A stretch of 64,000 bases of DNA, taken from positions 320,001 through 384,000 of the forward strand of contig JBLWTJ010000001.1 in assembly GCA_048270185.1 (NCBI GenBank). Reading direction: 5' to 3'. Made by a program: the position numbers and the translations under genes. Source of the stretch: Bacteriovoracaceae bacterium (lineage in GTDB: Bacteria; Bdellovibrionota; Bacteriovoracia; Bacteriovoracales; Bacteriovoracaceae). Every line of letters begins with the position of its first letter. Position 1 is the first letter of the stretch. This document shows positions 28,871 through 39,124 of this stretch, in pieces. The notes under the pieces were generated by a model. That model had not been told where the DNA came from. It saw only the letters and a program-made list of their open reading frames with translations, and ran no database searches.

Positions 28871-29851
28871 TTATTTTAAAAGATCTTTAATCATTCGGTA
28901 AACAAGCTCCACTTGTGGGCCCGTGCTTAATTGGTAATCAAATCCAGTGTATCCCCACCAGTCCCAACAACCATTTGGATTAGAACCTAATTTTGAAGAT
29001 CTTATCGCCTGAGGAAAGAGAACCACGACATCATAAAGATCAGCAGCTTGAGTAATCTGAGTCTCAGTCATAAAACTCGTCCCAATATCTGAAATAGTCT
29101 GAGCACAACCATGAAAGGCCACATGAAGTGAACACCTCTTACCTTTTGCACATCGGGCCGGAATATAGAGATAGGCCAATTCTCCCATCATCGGGTTTAA
29201 AAGATAGAAACTTCTTCGATAATCATCTTGCGATATTTTCTTAAATTTACCTTTTCTCGTTAAACGATGGGCCTTCTTGTCAGGGTATAACCACTTCATT
29301 GACTCAATTGCACCACTATATGAGCAATTTCCAATATAAGGACTTACTGAACTTTCACAATCCACACCATTTTTTTGTGTCGGATAAGTGTGGCCTGCAG
29401 AAATATCATTTACATACTTAACATCATTAACACCTAAGCGCCCATAGAGGTCATTTAACTCATTTGAGACATATGGAGAAACAACGCTATCTTCCTTACC
29501 AGAAAAGATAAAGACACGATCATCTGAAAGGTTTGAAGGAGTTGGCAAAATACCAAAAGAACTTACCCAGCGAATTGCGGCATTTGATCTGGCCCCTTGT
29601 CCAAAAACACCAGCACCCTTCATGCAAATATTCATCGCGATAAGAGCATCTCCCCCAGCACAACCATAAGGTCCAGCTGCAAAAATCGCAGCACCTTCGA
29701 CTAATTCACTATGAATAATATGGAATTGATGGGCGAAATAACCACCAGAAGAAATACCAGAGACAGTAATTTTCTTTTCAAGCTTTAGCTCAAAATTTTG
29801 GCCCCAAGTATTTAGGCCCAGAAATAATATGATAATTACTTTTTTAATCAT
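28871..29851 (-). CDS. secreted polyhydroxybutyrate depolymerase-like esterase
   Basis: SGISSGG lipase box, AGPYGCA, LHVAFHGC, NPNGCWDWWGY. Confidence 0.85.
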   Translation of the reverse strand: MIKKVIIILFLGLNTWGQNFELKLEKKITVSGISSGGYFAHQFHIIHSELVEGAAIFAAGPYGCAGGDALIAMNICMKGAGVFGQGARSNAAIRWVSSFGILPTPSNLSDDRVFIFSGKEDSVVSPYVSNELNDLYGRLGVNDVKYVNDISAGHTYPTQKNGVDCESSVSPYIGNCSYSGAIESMKWLYPDKKAHRLTRKGKFKKISQDDYRRSFYLLNPMMGELAYLYIPARCAKGKRCSLHVAFHGCAQTISDIGTSFMTETQITQAADLYDVVVLFPQAIRSSKLGSNPNGCWDWWGYTGFDYQLSTGPQVELVYRMIKDLLK

Positions 29852-30048
29852 AACTCTTGGTTGTGTTCACAAGCAATGCCAGTGATTTCTACTTCTAGCG
29901 TATTGGTTAATATTATCTTTAAACTTTCAGGAGTCTAGAAGTACGCGAGTGAAATGTCTTAGGAATTGTAATTTTTTCTCTGATAATATTTAGTAAATAC
30001 CGTTATTTAGATAACTTAGATAAATTTTACGCAAACGATCCTTTGCCT

Positions 30049-31395
30049 CTAGCGTCTGGTAAAAGTGAGTTTTATTTTCTTATCACTACTAAAGACAAAC
30101 TTCTGTTTTGGCGCTATCTGGTCGAAATCACATGCTGGAGAAATTTTAAAATGAGTTAAAAGATAGTGTGCAATAAGTTTAATCTCAACAGTTGCCATCT
30201 CTCGCCCCAGGCACATTCGTGTACCCATACCGTAAGGTATATATGCTTTACGTTGCTCGCTAGATAATTCTACAAATCGTTCAGGCCTAAATCCTTTGTG
30301 ATCATCACCCCAGACTTGTGAGTTACTTAGAATATCACCTAGGAGAGCGAAGACAATACTACCTTTTTTAATTGAAACTTCACCGGTACTGACAGAATTT
30401 ATTGAAGTATCTTGGCATGCTTCACGAAATAACATAGGAAAGGCCGGCCTAAGCCTTAAGGTCTCACTTAGATAGCGATCGAGTAACTCACAATCAAGGA
30501 TTGCCTTTGTGTTATTAGAGTCAATTTCACTAAGCTTCTGATAAAGTTCTTCTTGCTTTTGCTCTCCTTGCTGACAGATGAAGTATAAAAGCCACGTCAA
30601 AGAAACAGCAGTTGATTCAAATGAAGCACCAACAAGCCCGTAAACATGACCTATAATTTCTTCGTCATTAAGCCCTAATGCTTTTAAGTGGGGAATTAAA
30701 GGGGCAGATTCCCCCGTGTGATTTTGAATTATATTACGGACAAATTCCTTACCTTCTTTTGTGAATTTTCTAAATTTAATATTAGAAATCGTAGGAATGT
30801 ATTTATATAAAGGGCCAAACTGCATACGCTTTGTTAGTTCTTCAATAAGAAATTTTTGGAAGTAAAAGAATTTATCAATACTAACACTAGAATCATAAAA
30901 TTCTTTTTTTGAAAGTTGGAATTGATGCCCAATAAAGAACTCACTTGTCATCGATAAGGCAATTTTCCCCATCAATGTTTCAAGATCATCAGTTGTCGTC
31001 TTATCATCCATCATCTCAACGTATAACTTCATCTTAGAATGAACTATCGGGTGTAATTTCTCAAGATTTGCAGGCGTAAAGAATGAGCTTAACTCCCCTC
31101 TTAGCTTTTGCCATTGTGGACCATCGGCATCAAGTATTGAAGCACGACCTTTATTAATGGCCTTAACCTCATTTAGGGTGCTACCTTTTAAGAAAATATC
31201 GCGATCTTTAACAATAACCTGCTTATAGAGTTCTAAATTTGAAATAACAACAATATTTTTTGTAAGAAGTTTAAAACCATAAGCATCTCCAAGATTCTTA
31301 CTAAATTGGCTCAATTGAGCGTATAGACATCTTTTCAAATCGATTAAATGTAGACTTCCAATAAGTGGAAATGAATTTAGCTTAGGTAGAGTCAT
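30049..31395 (-). CDS. cytochrome P450
   Basis: I-helix ASFEST, ETLR, FRPERF, heme motif YGMGTRMCLG. Confidence 0.93.
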   Translation of the reverse strand: MTLPKLNSFPLIGSLHLIDLKRCLYAQLSQFSKNLGDAYGFKLLTKNIVVISNLELYKQVIVKDRDIFLKGSTLNEVKAINKGRASILDADGPQWQKLRGELSSFFTPANLEKLHPIVHSKMKLYVEMMDDKTTTDDLETLMGKIALSMTSEFFIGHQFQLSKKEFYDSSVSIDKFFYFQKFLIEELTKRMQFGPLYKYIPTISNIKFRKFTKEGKEFVRNIIQNHTGESAPLIPHLKALGLNDEEIIGHVYGLVGASFESTAVSLTWLLYFICQQGEQKQEELYQKLSEIDSNNTKAILDCELLDRYLSETLRLRPAFPMLFREACQDTSINSVSTGEVSIKKGSIVFALLGDILSNSQVWGDDHKGFRPERFVELSSEQRKAYIPYGMGTRMCLGREMATVEIKLIAHYLLTHFKISPACDFDQIAPKQKFVFSSDKKIKLTFTRR

Positions 31396-31466
31396 GAATA
31401 AAATTATCCTCAATGAGCTTTAATTGTTTCTTGATTAAATCAATATATCTTATATAATTTTAACAT

Positions 31467-32477
31467 ATGAAATTTAAGTTTCTCTACCTTATCGACAAGT
31501 ATGTTGGTAATCTGTTGCTTTTTCTAATAAAAATTCTAGTTCCAGCAACAAGTTCGAACTCACATGCACAAAGAGGTAGGGCCATTATTAAAATCGGTGA
31601 AATTGGCGCTCTGGCCATTCTCTTTAAAGACTGCCAAATCAAAGCTGATGATTCATTCATTGTCCTCGAAGAACAAGTAGAATTCCTAAAGTCTCAAGGG
31701 ATTCACGATGATCGAATCTTTTATTGTAACAAGAAAAGTATGGGATCAATGGCCTCTTCAATCTTGAAAATGATCAGTGAAATTAGAAGCAAACAATTTT
31801 ATGAAGTAGTTAACCTCGATCCAGTTGTTAACTTCTCTAAGATTATTTCGGCCCTAATAAAGGCCCCTATAAAAAAGTCACTTAAACTCGATTTGGCCGA
31901 TACAAAGCATATATCTAGTTACTATTTGAATTTCTTTGAACATACAGCTCCGTATAAGACAGATACAAAGAGAGAAAATATTATTCTCATAAACGCCAAT
32001 CCAAATGATGAAATTACTCTACGACGCTGGCCAATGGAAAGCTTTAGACAGGTCATTGAAAATATTTTGAAATTAACAAATGCACAAATCTATTTAATTG
32101 GCCTGCCAAAAGATCATCACGACCTAAATCATCTAATTGTCGATGAGAGTCGTGTAACAAATTTGGCCGGACAAACGACATTCGACCAGCTCTACGATTA
32201 TATTGCAAAAGCGCGCTGCCTTATCTCTACTGACTCAGGCCCAGCACATATAGCTGCATTACTTCAGACACCCACAATAACAATTTACGGACCAGAAACA
32301 CCTGCATACTTTGGAGTAAAGTCAAAACATGCAATTAACCTATACAAGAATATTGAATGCTCCCCTTGCTTTATTCCGTCTTCAGGCTGTATTTCCAGCT
32401 GTAGAGACAATAGATGTACAAAGCTAATTACACCGAATGAAGTTATCGCAGCCTTTAATGAGGTAACGAGTATATGA
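31467..32477 (+). CDS. glycosyltransferase family 9 (heptosyltransferase-like)
   Basis: RRWP, NLAGQT, STDSGPAHIA, TIYGPE and a C-terminal Cys cluster. Confidence 0.85.
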   Translation: MKFKFLYLIDKYVGNLLLFLIKILVPATSSNSHAQRGRAIIKIGEIGALAILFKDCQIKADDSFIVLEEQVEFLKSQGIHDDRIFYCNKKSMGSMASSILKMISEIRSKQFYEVVNLDPVVNFSKIISALIKAPIKKSLKLDLADTKHISSYYLNFFEHTAPYKTDTKRENIILINANPNDEITLRRWPMESFRQVIENILKLTNAQIYLIGLPKDHHDLNHLIVDESRVTNLAGQTTFDQLYDYIAKARCLISTDSGPAHIAALLQTPTITIYGPETPAYFGVKSKHAINLYKNIECSPCFIPSSGCISSCRDNRCTKLITPNEVIAAFNEVTSI

Positions 32478-33640
32478 TTGCAAGAAAGTATTACAAGGTT
32501 TATATCAAAGATATTCTTTCATTTTATCTAAGAGCAAGTAAGTCCATCGACTACCTAACAGTATTTCAAGATAAAATCAAAAATACAACGAAGTTTAAAA
32601 AGGCGATTGCCTTAAGAAACGGTCGAAGTGCTATTATCTTAGCTCTTAGAAATATTAGACAAGAAAATCCCGATAAGAATGAAATCATCACCTCGGCCTA
32701 CAATCTAGGAGAGCTTATCCCTCTTCTTGAAAATGAGAATTTCAAAGTTAAATTAGTGGATGTTAATCCTAAGACTTGGCTTCCAACATCGACAACGATT
32801 AAGGAAGCAATCAGTGAAAATACTTGTGCTATTCTTATTCCACAAATCTATGGTAACTCACAGGGTTGCACTGAAATCGCAACTTTGATTAAAAATGATT
32901 ATCCTGAGATTAAATATATTAATGATTGTGCCCATGTTTTTGGAACTTCTCATATGAATATTGGCGATTATACAATCCTTAGTTTCCAGCATAATAAGCC
33001 GCTAAGTTGCGGAGGCGGTGGAATGCTCTTAACTAGTGAAGAAATCGAGTTGGCCTCATTGGTAAAAACTGAAAATATAGAAGACCTTAAAACTTTAATA
33101 AAGCAACTCATTGAGAAAGCACTCATCAATACATATCTCTATCGCTTTATTAGGCCAATACTCTTTTCTAAAACACTATCTGAAAAAATACAAGGCCTCT
33201 ATCGCAGAACTAATAACTCACCATCAATCAAGGTCATCGCTCGTCTATCACAACTTAAAGCATATCTTGGACTAAAAGAATTAGAATCTTATACTATCCA
33301 ACAAGAAACTTTGAAGAATAACTTTAAAGCTCTAAAAGGACTTTTAAACGATCAGTATATTTTTCAGCAAAGAGACGAAGATAATAATTTCTATAATGCC
33401 GTCGTTCTAACACAAGAAGACCCTGACTTATTGAGAGAGAAGTTGGCCCAACATGGATTTGATATCGGAGTAAAGACAGAAGTGATGGATGATTGTTTAA
33501 AAGTAGAAGATAGCGTAAGCTCAAAACTTGCAAAAAAGAATATACTTCTTCCGATACATATTAAAACGAATCTAAACGATATTGAGAAACTTGCAAAAAT
33601 TCTAAACGAATGTAGTCCTCGCCTGGGAAACAAAGAATGA
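32474..33640 (+). CDS. DegT-like PLP-dependent aminotransferase
   Basis: NGRSAI, DCAH, SFQHNKPLSCGGGG, LLPIH; ATGA overlap. Confidence 0.78.
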   Translation: MIARKYYKVYIKDILSFYLRASKSIDYLTVFQDKIKNTTKFKKAIALRNGRSAIILALRNIRQENPDKNEIITSAYNLGELIPLLENENFKVKLVDVNPKTWLPTSTTIKEAISENTCAILIPQIYGNSQGCTEIATLIKNDYPEIKYINDCAHVFGTSHMNIGDYTILSFQHNKPLSCGGGGMLLTSEEIELASLVKTENIEDLKTLIKQLIEKALINTYLYRFIRPILFSKTLSEKIQGLYRRTNNSPSIKVIARLSQLKAYLGLKELESYTIQQETLKNNFKALKGLLNDQYIFQQRDEDNNFYNAVVLTQEDPDLLREKLAQHGFDIGVKTEVMDDCLKVEDSVSSKLAKKNILLPIHIKTNLNDIEKLAKILNECSPRLGNKE

Positions 33641-34998
33641 AAGTATTGATTATAAGATGCGACTATCATGCTTCCCAAAAACAGATGCATCCAAGACATC
33701 TTCATCCCCCCTTAGATATTATTTATGTTTTAAATGCAAACTTAGATCATGAAATAGATTTTCACGATGAATGGACAGATGGAATATTGGGCAAAAACAC
33801 TAATAAAGACTATGATCTGGTTATTATTAAAGGGAGCTCATATTGCCTTGAGGAAGTCTTTAAAACTGCTTCACACTTTAAAGACAAAGAAACTCCGTGT
33901 TGGGTAATGGGTCAAGTGACATCACATTACAAGAAAACTGAAGACAAAAAGAAATGGCATGATAATTTTTCAAAAATATTTCTAGGTGAATTTGAGACTG
34001 CTCTTGAAGAGGAACTAAGAGGGCCTTCTTTGGAAAATATTATCACCAAAGCAACGCTGCCACAAAATTTAGCGACACCGACACTGACAAAAGAACAAAT
34101 GAAGAAATACCGTTTTCCGTTTCCAATAAGGGGGCATTCGATAAAATATTGGGGCTATGTTATGAGTGCATGGGGTTGCCCTTACATGAATCTTTGTACC
34201 TTCTGCTCCCCTATTGTTAGAAAGTCTGATGGACAGGCCCTGAGAAAACGTGGCACACAACTCGTTGTCGAAGATATTAAGGCCCAAATAGCTAATGGTG
34301 CGCAGGCAATATGTTTTGAAGATGATACATTAATTACTAATAAAAAATATGCCAATGAATTTCTTGATAGGATGATTGAAGAAGAAATCAAAATCCCATG
34401 GATGGCATCCTTAAGGGTTAATGAACTAGACGAAGAAATAATTAAGAAGATGGCCAAAACCGGTGCAAAACTTTTAAAATTAGGAATCGAAACAGGATCT
34501 CCAAGAATAATTGAAAAGTTAGGTAAATCACGCAGCGGTGATAAATACCTTAATCATTTAATCGACATTAAGAAGGTACTCGATAAATATGATATCGGAA
34601 TTATCGGTTTATTCATGGTGGGAAATCCCGATGAAAATCTAGCAGATATCGAAATGACCAAATCGATTATCAAACAAATCAAACCGGACTATATTCAGAT
34701 CCAAATTCTTACTCCGTACCCTGATTCGCCACTATATGAAAAATATAAAGATAAAATGCCTGTTGATTCAAATCTATACCACTACAAGAGTAATGATTTT
34801 AAATTATCACAAATTGAACATCACGACCTTCTAAATGTTCAAAAGGATATCTACAAGAAATACTATCTGGCACCGGCCTATATTATAAATCATTTCTTTA
34901 GACATATTAGACACTACCTAACACCATCAACTATGCTTTATTCAATTAAACTTAACAGTCGAATTATTAAGAATTATCTACTGCCTAATTCAAAGTAA
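33637..34998 (+). CDS. B12-binding-type radical SAM protein
   Basis: GCPYMNLCTFC (CX5CX2C variant), FEDDT, GIETGS, FMVGNPDE, TPYPDS; N-terminal PPL motif of cobalamin-binding domains. Confidence 0.85.
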   Translation: MKVLIIRCDYHASQKQMHPRHLHPPLDIIYVLNANLDHEIDFHDEWTDGILGKNTNKDYDLVIIKGSSYCLEEVFKTASHFKDKETPCWVMGQVTSHYKKTEDKKKWHDNFSKIFLGEFETALEEELRGPSLENIITKATLPQNLATPTLTKEQMKKYRFPFPIRGHSIKYWGYVMSAWGCPYMNLCTFCSPIVRKSDGQALRKRGTQLVVEDIKAQIANGAQAICFEDDTLITNKKYANEFLDRMIEEEIKIPWMASLRVNELDEEIIKKMAKTGAKLLKLGIETGSPRIIEKLGKSRSGDKYLNHLIDIKKVLDKYDIGIIGLFMVGNPDENLADIEMTKSIIKQIKPDYIQIQILTPYPDSPLYEKYKDKMPVDSNLYHYKSNDFKLSQIEHHDLLNVQKDIYKKYYLAPAYIINHFFRHIRHYLTPSTMLYSIKLNSRIIKNYLLPNSK

Positions 34999-36479
34999 AT
35001 AAACTTCTGTGCCTTTGTCTCAGATTGATAAACCTTCATATCAACGAGACGATTTGAACTCATTAAATTATCAATCGTAAGCTTATCGATTAAAGCAATT
35101 CTTGATTGGCTTCCGTAAGTTGTGTTAACAAAGTAATGCCCAGCAGGAAGATCATCAATTTCTTTATAACCACTACGCTCGGCCGATTTTACCTGTAAGT
35201 TTCCTTCTGATAAGAACATGATCTTTGCGGCCTCGTAATCACGAAATGCAATTATATCAAGGCCCTTTCCTTTAAAATCTTCTATAAAGGAACGATAGGT
35301 AATTACCCCATTTTCATTATAATGACGATATTCAAAAATATGAAATCTTTGAGCAAAAAAACTACTTACTAATAGAGTTCCGATCAAAATAATTTTTTGA
35401 TATGGTCTTTTCAAAAATTTTAATAGGCCAAGTAGAGTAAAGCTATAAATGAAAATAACGTAAATAATCGTTGGCTGGTAATAAGTTGAATACTCTGCTT
35501 CTTTGTGCATAAAAAGTGCGACAAGAGCAATAAGATAACAAGCAATAGCGCGGTAATATGGAATAACTCGGTATCTAACATCTTTTACACATAGGCCAAT
35601 TATCAATAATGGAAAAACAAGATAAGGCATGTCACTACCGATAAAGTCAACATATTGAGTAAATAGCGGAATTAAATGATTTGAAAGTCGATACAGTAGG
35701 CCACTATTGGTACTCACTACATTTGATGTAAATGAAGACAAGTGCAGATAAATATTAAAATATAAAAAAGGGATTAGTGAAATAATAGTAACAACAACAA
35801 AATTTAAAATATTCTTCTTAGAGAGATACTCCTTTCTTACTAAACCAAATAACGAAAAAGCCTCCCATATAAAATTGGCCTTTACTAGAAATGGAACGAG
35901 GCCAATTGTAACTCCAAGGCTTTTAAACTTTTTCTGATATAAGAATATAAGTGACAACATTAAACCGATACCAAGTAGAGATTCAGTTGTGTCATTCATA
36001 TTTAAAAAATTTAAGCGCGTATTAGTCCCTGCAACAAAGAGAACAAAGAGTCTTTCATAATACTTTAGGCCAAGTACCTTCATATAATAGAATATCAGAA
36101 GTAGAATAATCAAAATAACGGATGATTTATAAATAGCAAGAGCAGCTATTGGGCCAAAAAGAGATGATAATGATCGAATAATATTATAGGAAAGGGCCCC
36201 ATGATAATTCGAAAAAACAATAGGAATATCATTTAATGTAATCGTAGGAGATGCGCCATACTTTCGAAAAGGACCAACTTCTTCAAAATGTAATTCATGG
36301 CCAATAACACCATGTACTCTGTATTGACTTAAGGCCAAAGGGCCGTCATCTCTCAACATGGGGTCGTGTAAAATTGTAAGACTCTGAATATTTAAGAATA
36401 TTCCTAGAACAAGAAAAAAGAGGATATATTTAATTGATTTCTTATGAAAATCAATCTTAAAAAATGGATTATTATGCAC
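34974..36479 (-). CDS. multi-pass membrane protein, GT-C-fold glycosyltransferase-like
   Basis: About 10 TM segments, acidic RDD after TM1, soluble C-terminus; very AT-rich. Confidence 0.55.
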   Translation of the reverse strand: MHNNPFFKIDFHKKSIKYILFFLVLGIFLNIQSLTILHDPMLRDDGPLALSQYRVHGVIGHELHFEEVGPFRKYGASPTITLNDIPIVFSNYHGALSYNIIRSLSSLFGPIAALAIYKSSVILIILLLIFYYMKVLGLKYYERLFVLFVAGTNTRLNFLNMNDTTESLLGIGLMLSLIFLYQKKFKSLGVTIGLVPFLVKANFIWEAFSLFGLVRKEYLSKKNILNFVVVTIISLIPFLYFNIYLHLSSFTSNVVSTNSGLLYRLSNHLIPLFTQYVDFIGSDMPYLVFPLLIIGLCVKDVRYRVIPYYRAIACYLIALVALFMHKEAEYSTYYQPTIIYVIFIYSFTLLGLLKFLKRPYQKIILIGTLLVSSFFAQRFHIFEYRHYNENGVITYRSFIEDFKGKGLDIIAFRDYEAAKIMFLSEGNLQVKSAERSGYKEIDDLPAGHYFVNTTYGSQSRIALIDKLTIDNLMSSNRLVDMKVYQSETKAQKFIYFELGSR

Positions 36480-36533
36480 ATAATAATTTTATCATAATAC
36501 TAAATGTTTTCTAAATTTATTTATGAAAAGATA

Positions 36534-36558
36534 TAGGGGTCTCCTCACAAGACCCCTA
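36534..36558 (-). terminator. hairpin/terminator after the 36609-37055 gene
   Basis: TAGGGGTCT-N7-AGACCCCTA followed by TATCTTTT on the minus strand. Confidence 0.5.
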
Positions 36559-36608
36559 AATTGATAGCCGAGAAGATCCCCAAGTCTCTTCTCAAACTGC
36601 TACGAATA

Positions 36609-37055
36609 TTATTCAACAACTAGGAAGTTGAATTCGCAAATATAGCGCTTTTTAGCTAAAAATCCTGCTTTGTAGAATTTAACATCGCCAAACACATAGC
36701 CAACAGTTGAGTTTACAATCCTATTTCTCAACTTCATACACTCAGTATATGATTTATCGTGGCTTGAAGTCAGTTTTTCCTTTATCTTTTTCTTTGATAA
36801 AACTGTGCTATAGCTATCTAGTGTTGTTTTAACTACACAAGAAAAGTCTTTCTTATCTTTTTGAACGACAAATTCAAATCCAATACCTTCAACTTTTACA
36901 TCTTTTAATTCATCATATTCAACTTCGGCTTCTAGACAAGCTGCCTTAGCAATATCTTCTTTCGATGAAGTCGCTAAGACAAGATCGACTTCTTGAATAT
37001 TCGCTAGTGTTGATACTGATAATGTTGCACATAAAATTAGAAATAATTTTCTCAT
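36609..37055 (-). CDS. secreted hypothetical protein
   Basis: Signal peptide (…STLA-N); RBS GGGAGAG. Confidence 0.75.
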   Translation of the reverse strand: MRKLFLILCATLSVSTLANIQEVDLVLATSSKEDIAKAACLEAEVEYDELKDVKVEGIGFEFVVQKDKKDFSCVVKTTLDSYSTVLSKKKIKEKLTSSHDKSYTECMKLRNRIVNSTVGYVFGDVKFYKAGFLAKKRYICEFNFLVVE

Positions 37056-37159
37056 AAGTTCTCTCCCGATTAATTTTTGGTTGAGAACTTATATCGACAA
37101 ATACTATTATGGTCAGTTAAAGAAAGGTAAATTACTTTCTTAACCTTGAATTAACATTT

Positions 37160-38557
37160 TTAACTTATCTTCCTTTGGAAGCCAAGAATAACGAGGCCAA
37201 GACAAAATATGGCAAAGCCGAAGATTTTTATATACCTTACCGGATCATAGAGAAGACTCATTTTTACAATGGAAGATGTCCCTTCATCTTGGGCTGCATT
37301 GACTGAATCAAGATAAATGCTCCACCCGTGTACATTCAATGGAGAATTAAGTTCAATAAAGTGATCTGACTCAGTCTCATTATCTTTAATGGTTACGCTG
37401 GCCTTATAATCCAAGAGTGAAATACCATTTTTAGACTCACTCGTTTGAAGCTCATTTAGGTAGAGACTAAATGGTAATTTAATACTCTGATGCCTAAATG
37501 AAAAATCGTAAACCTTTCCTTCTTTATCGACGATCTCCTTTGATTCATTCACAAAAATAGTCGATAGCCTTCCAACATCACCTTTAACCTGATATTTGAC
37601 CACATCATTCTTAGAATTCTTATAGTCAGTTGAAGCCTTAAAATCACGCTTAAATTGTTTATTGCGATAGAATGCATCGAGACTTACTTCTTCAGCATCA
37701 AGAGTGATTGATTTCTTAAAAGTATTTAATTTGCAATCATCAGCAAGTGAAAAAATTCCTTCTTCAGTTAGCAAATAAGCATTTGAATGACATAAGTCTT
37801 CTTTTACTTTTGTCAGCGAACGGCGAACAAGCACGGGAGCACAGCTAGCATTAACGGCCCTCAAGTCCTTAATGCAATCAAGCATCTTAGAATTTAGAAG
37901 AATAAATTCTCTATCACCTTTCTTGTAAAAGCTTCGATAATCAAGGCTATTAGTGGATAGATAAAATTGCTGAGGTTTTAAATTCTTAGAGGAACTGGAG
38001 CGTACCGTAATAACTGCACTATTTTCTCCATCCATTTCAACAAGATCATTACTTATTTGAGAATAAGGTAAGTAAGAAATTAAATAAATTGGGCCAGTAT
38101 CAAGGTTCAAGCCTTGGGGGCGAATTGAAAAATCCAAATCGATATATTGACCAAGTCCCGTTACCTTCTCCGTCACTGAAATTTGATACTTATCAGAATA
38201 GGCTTTATTAACAAATGAGCGTGGCGCCAATTGTATTGAGCCTCTGTGGGAAATAAAGCCTGAAAACATCATTGATACAAATAGAATAATAAGACCTATA
38301 TGAATTGTATAAAGTCCAATGAGTCTTTTTTTAAACGGTAGTCGTTTAAATAAACTAAGAGTTAAGGATAGAGTTACCAGACCAAGCAAGAAAGCAAAGA
38401 ATGGCCCATTAAAGATCACTGTTTGAGCAACCTTAGCTCCATAAAAATAGTCCACAATATTTCCAACAGCAAGATAACAAACGAAGAAAATCAGTAGAGA
38501 TATAGCACCATAAACACTGCTCAATGAGCGATCAATTTTTTTTATTACTTTTCTCAT
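37160..38557 (-). CDS. ResB/CcsB-like cytochrome c biogenesis membrane protein
   Basis: Three N-terminal TMs with HIGLIIL, LPFSLYL, ELNSPL..GW.IY, DP plus a C-terminal TM; ATG 38557 preferred. Confidence 0.65.
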   Translation of the reverse strand: MRKVIKKIDRSLSSVYGAISLLIFFVCYLAVGNIVDYFYGAKVAQTVIFNGPFFAFLLGLVTLSLTLSLFKRLPFKKRLIGLYTIHIGLIILFVSMMFSGFISHRGSIQLAPRSFVNKAYSDKYQISVTEKVTGLGQYIDLDFSIRPQGLNLDTGPIYLISYLPYSQISNDLVEMDGENSAVITVRSSSSKNLKPQQFYLSTNSLDYRSFYKKGDREFILLNSKMLDCIKDLRAVNASCAPVLVRRSLTKVKEDLCHSNAYLLTEEGIFSLADDCKLNTFKKSITLDAEEVSLDAFYRNKQFKRDFKASTDYKNSKNDVVKYQVKGDVGRLSTIFVNESKEIVDKEGKVYDFSFRHQSIKLPFSLYLNELQTSESKNGISLLDYKASVTIKDNETESDHFIELNSPLNVHGWSIYLDSVNAAQDEGTSSIVKMSLLYDPVRYIKIFGFAIFCLGLVILGFQRKIS

Positions 38558-38606
38558 GTAAATAGAATATCGTGGGCCAATATTCGTGTCCAATGAATAA
38601 ATGATA

Positions 38607-38633
38607 TTAATTATTACCTTAACTTACCGATAA
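38607..38633 (+). promoter_or_regulatory. sigma28-like promoter
   Basis: TTAA-N15-ACCGATAA, 8 bp before ATG 38642. Confidence 0.45.
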
Positions 38634-38641
38634 GATTATTA

Positions 38642-39124
38642 ATGAAAACTGTTATTTTAAGTATTATCTATTCAATTTTTTACTCCCATCTCGTCTATGC
38701 TACTTCTAGTAATCAAGAATGGGTTCATGACTTTAGCTTCGATAATATTCAAGTGTGGAAGAAAGGCAGAATGCGACTAACGGTTGAGGTAAAAACTCAA
38801 GTAAATAAATTATCTAATTATAATAAAGACAATATTGAAGAATATTTAAAATCGCGAAATTCCATACTTAAATTTGCCGATTTTCGAAACTTTAAAACTA
38901 CTCCTGCGAGTTTTAAGAAAAATGAGAAAGAAATAATAATCGACAAAAACGGTCAGTATACGAATTCAAGAAATAAGACGATAAATTTTAAAGAGCGTCA
39001 TATTCTCTACCCAAAAATGAGTATCATTTCGATGATTTCATCCAATAAAGAACTAACTAAAGAAGATATTAAAGACTTTGATGAAAAGCTCGCCTATGTC
39101 ATGGAGCAATCTCATGACAAGTAA
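38642..39124 (+). CDS. secreted hypothetical protein
   Basis: Signal-peptide-like N-terminus (…LVYA-T). Confidence 0.7.
   Translation: MKTVILSIIYSIFYSHLVYATSSNQEWVHDFSFDNIQVWKKGRMRLTVEVKTQVNKLSNYNKDNIEEYLKSRNSILKFADFRNFKTTPASFKKNEKEIIIDKNGQYTNSRNKTINFKERHILYPKMSIISMISSNKELTKEDIKDFDEKLAYVMEQSHDK

Noticed and set aside
29866..29881. Possible sigma54 promoter for the depolymerase (TGGCAT-N5-GTGA)
   Set aside because: The -12 TTGC element is missing.
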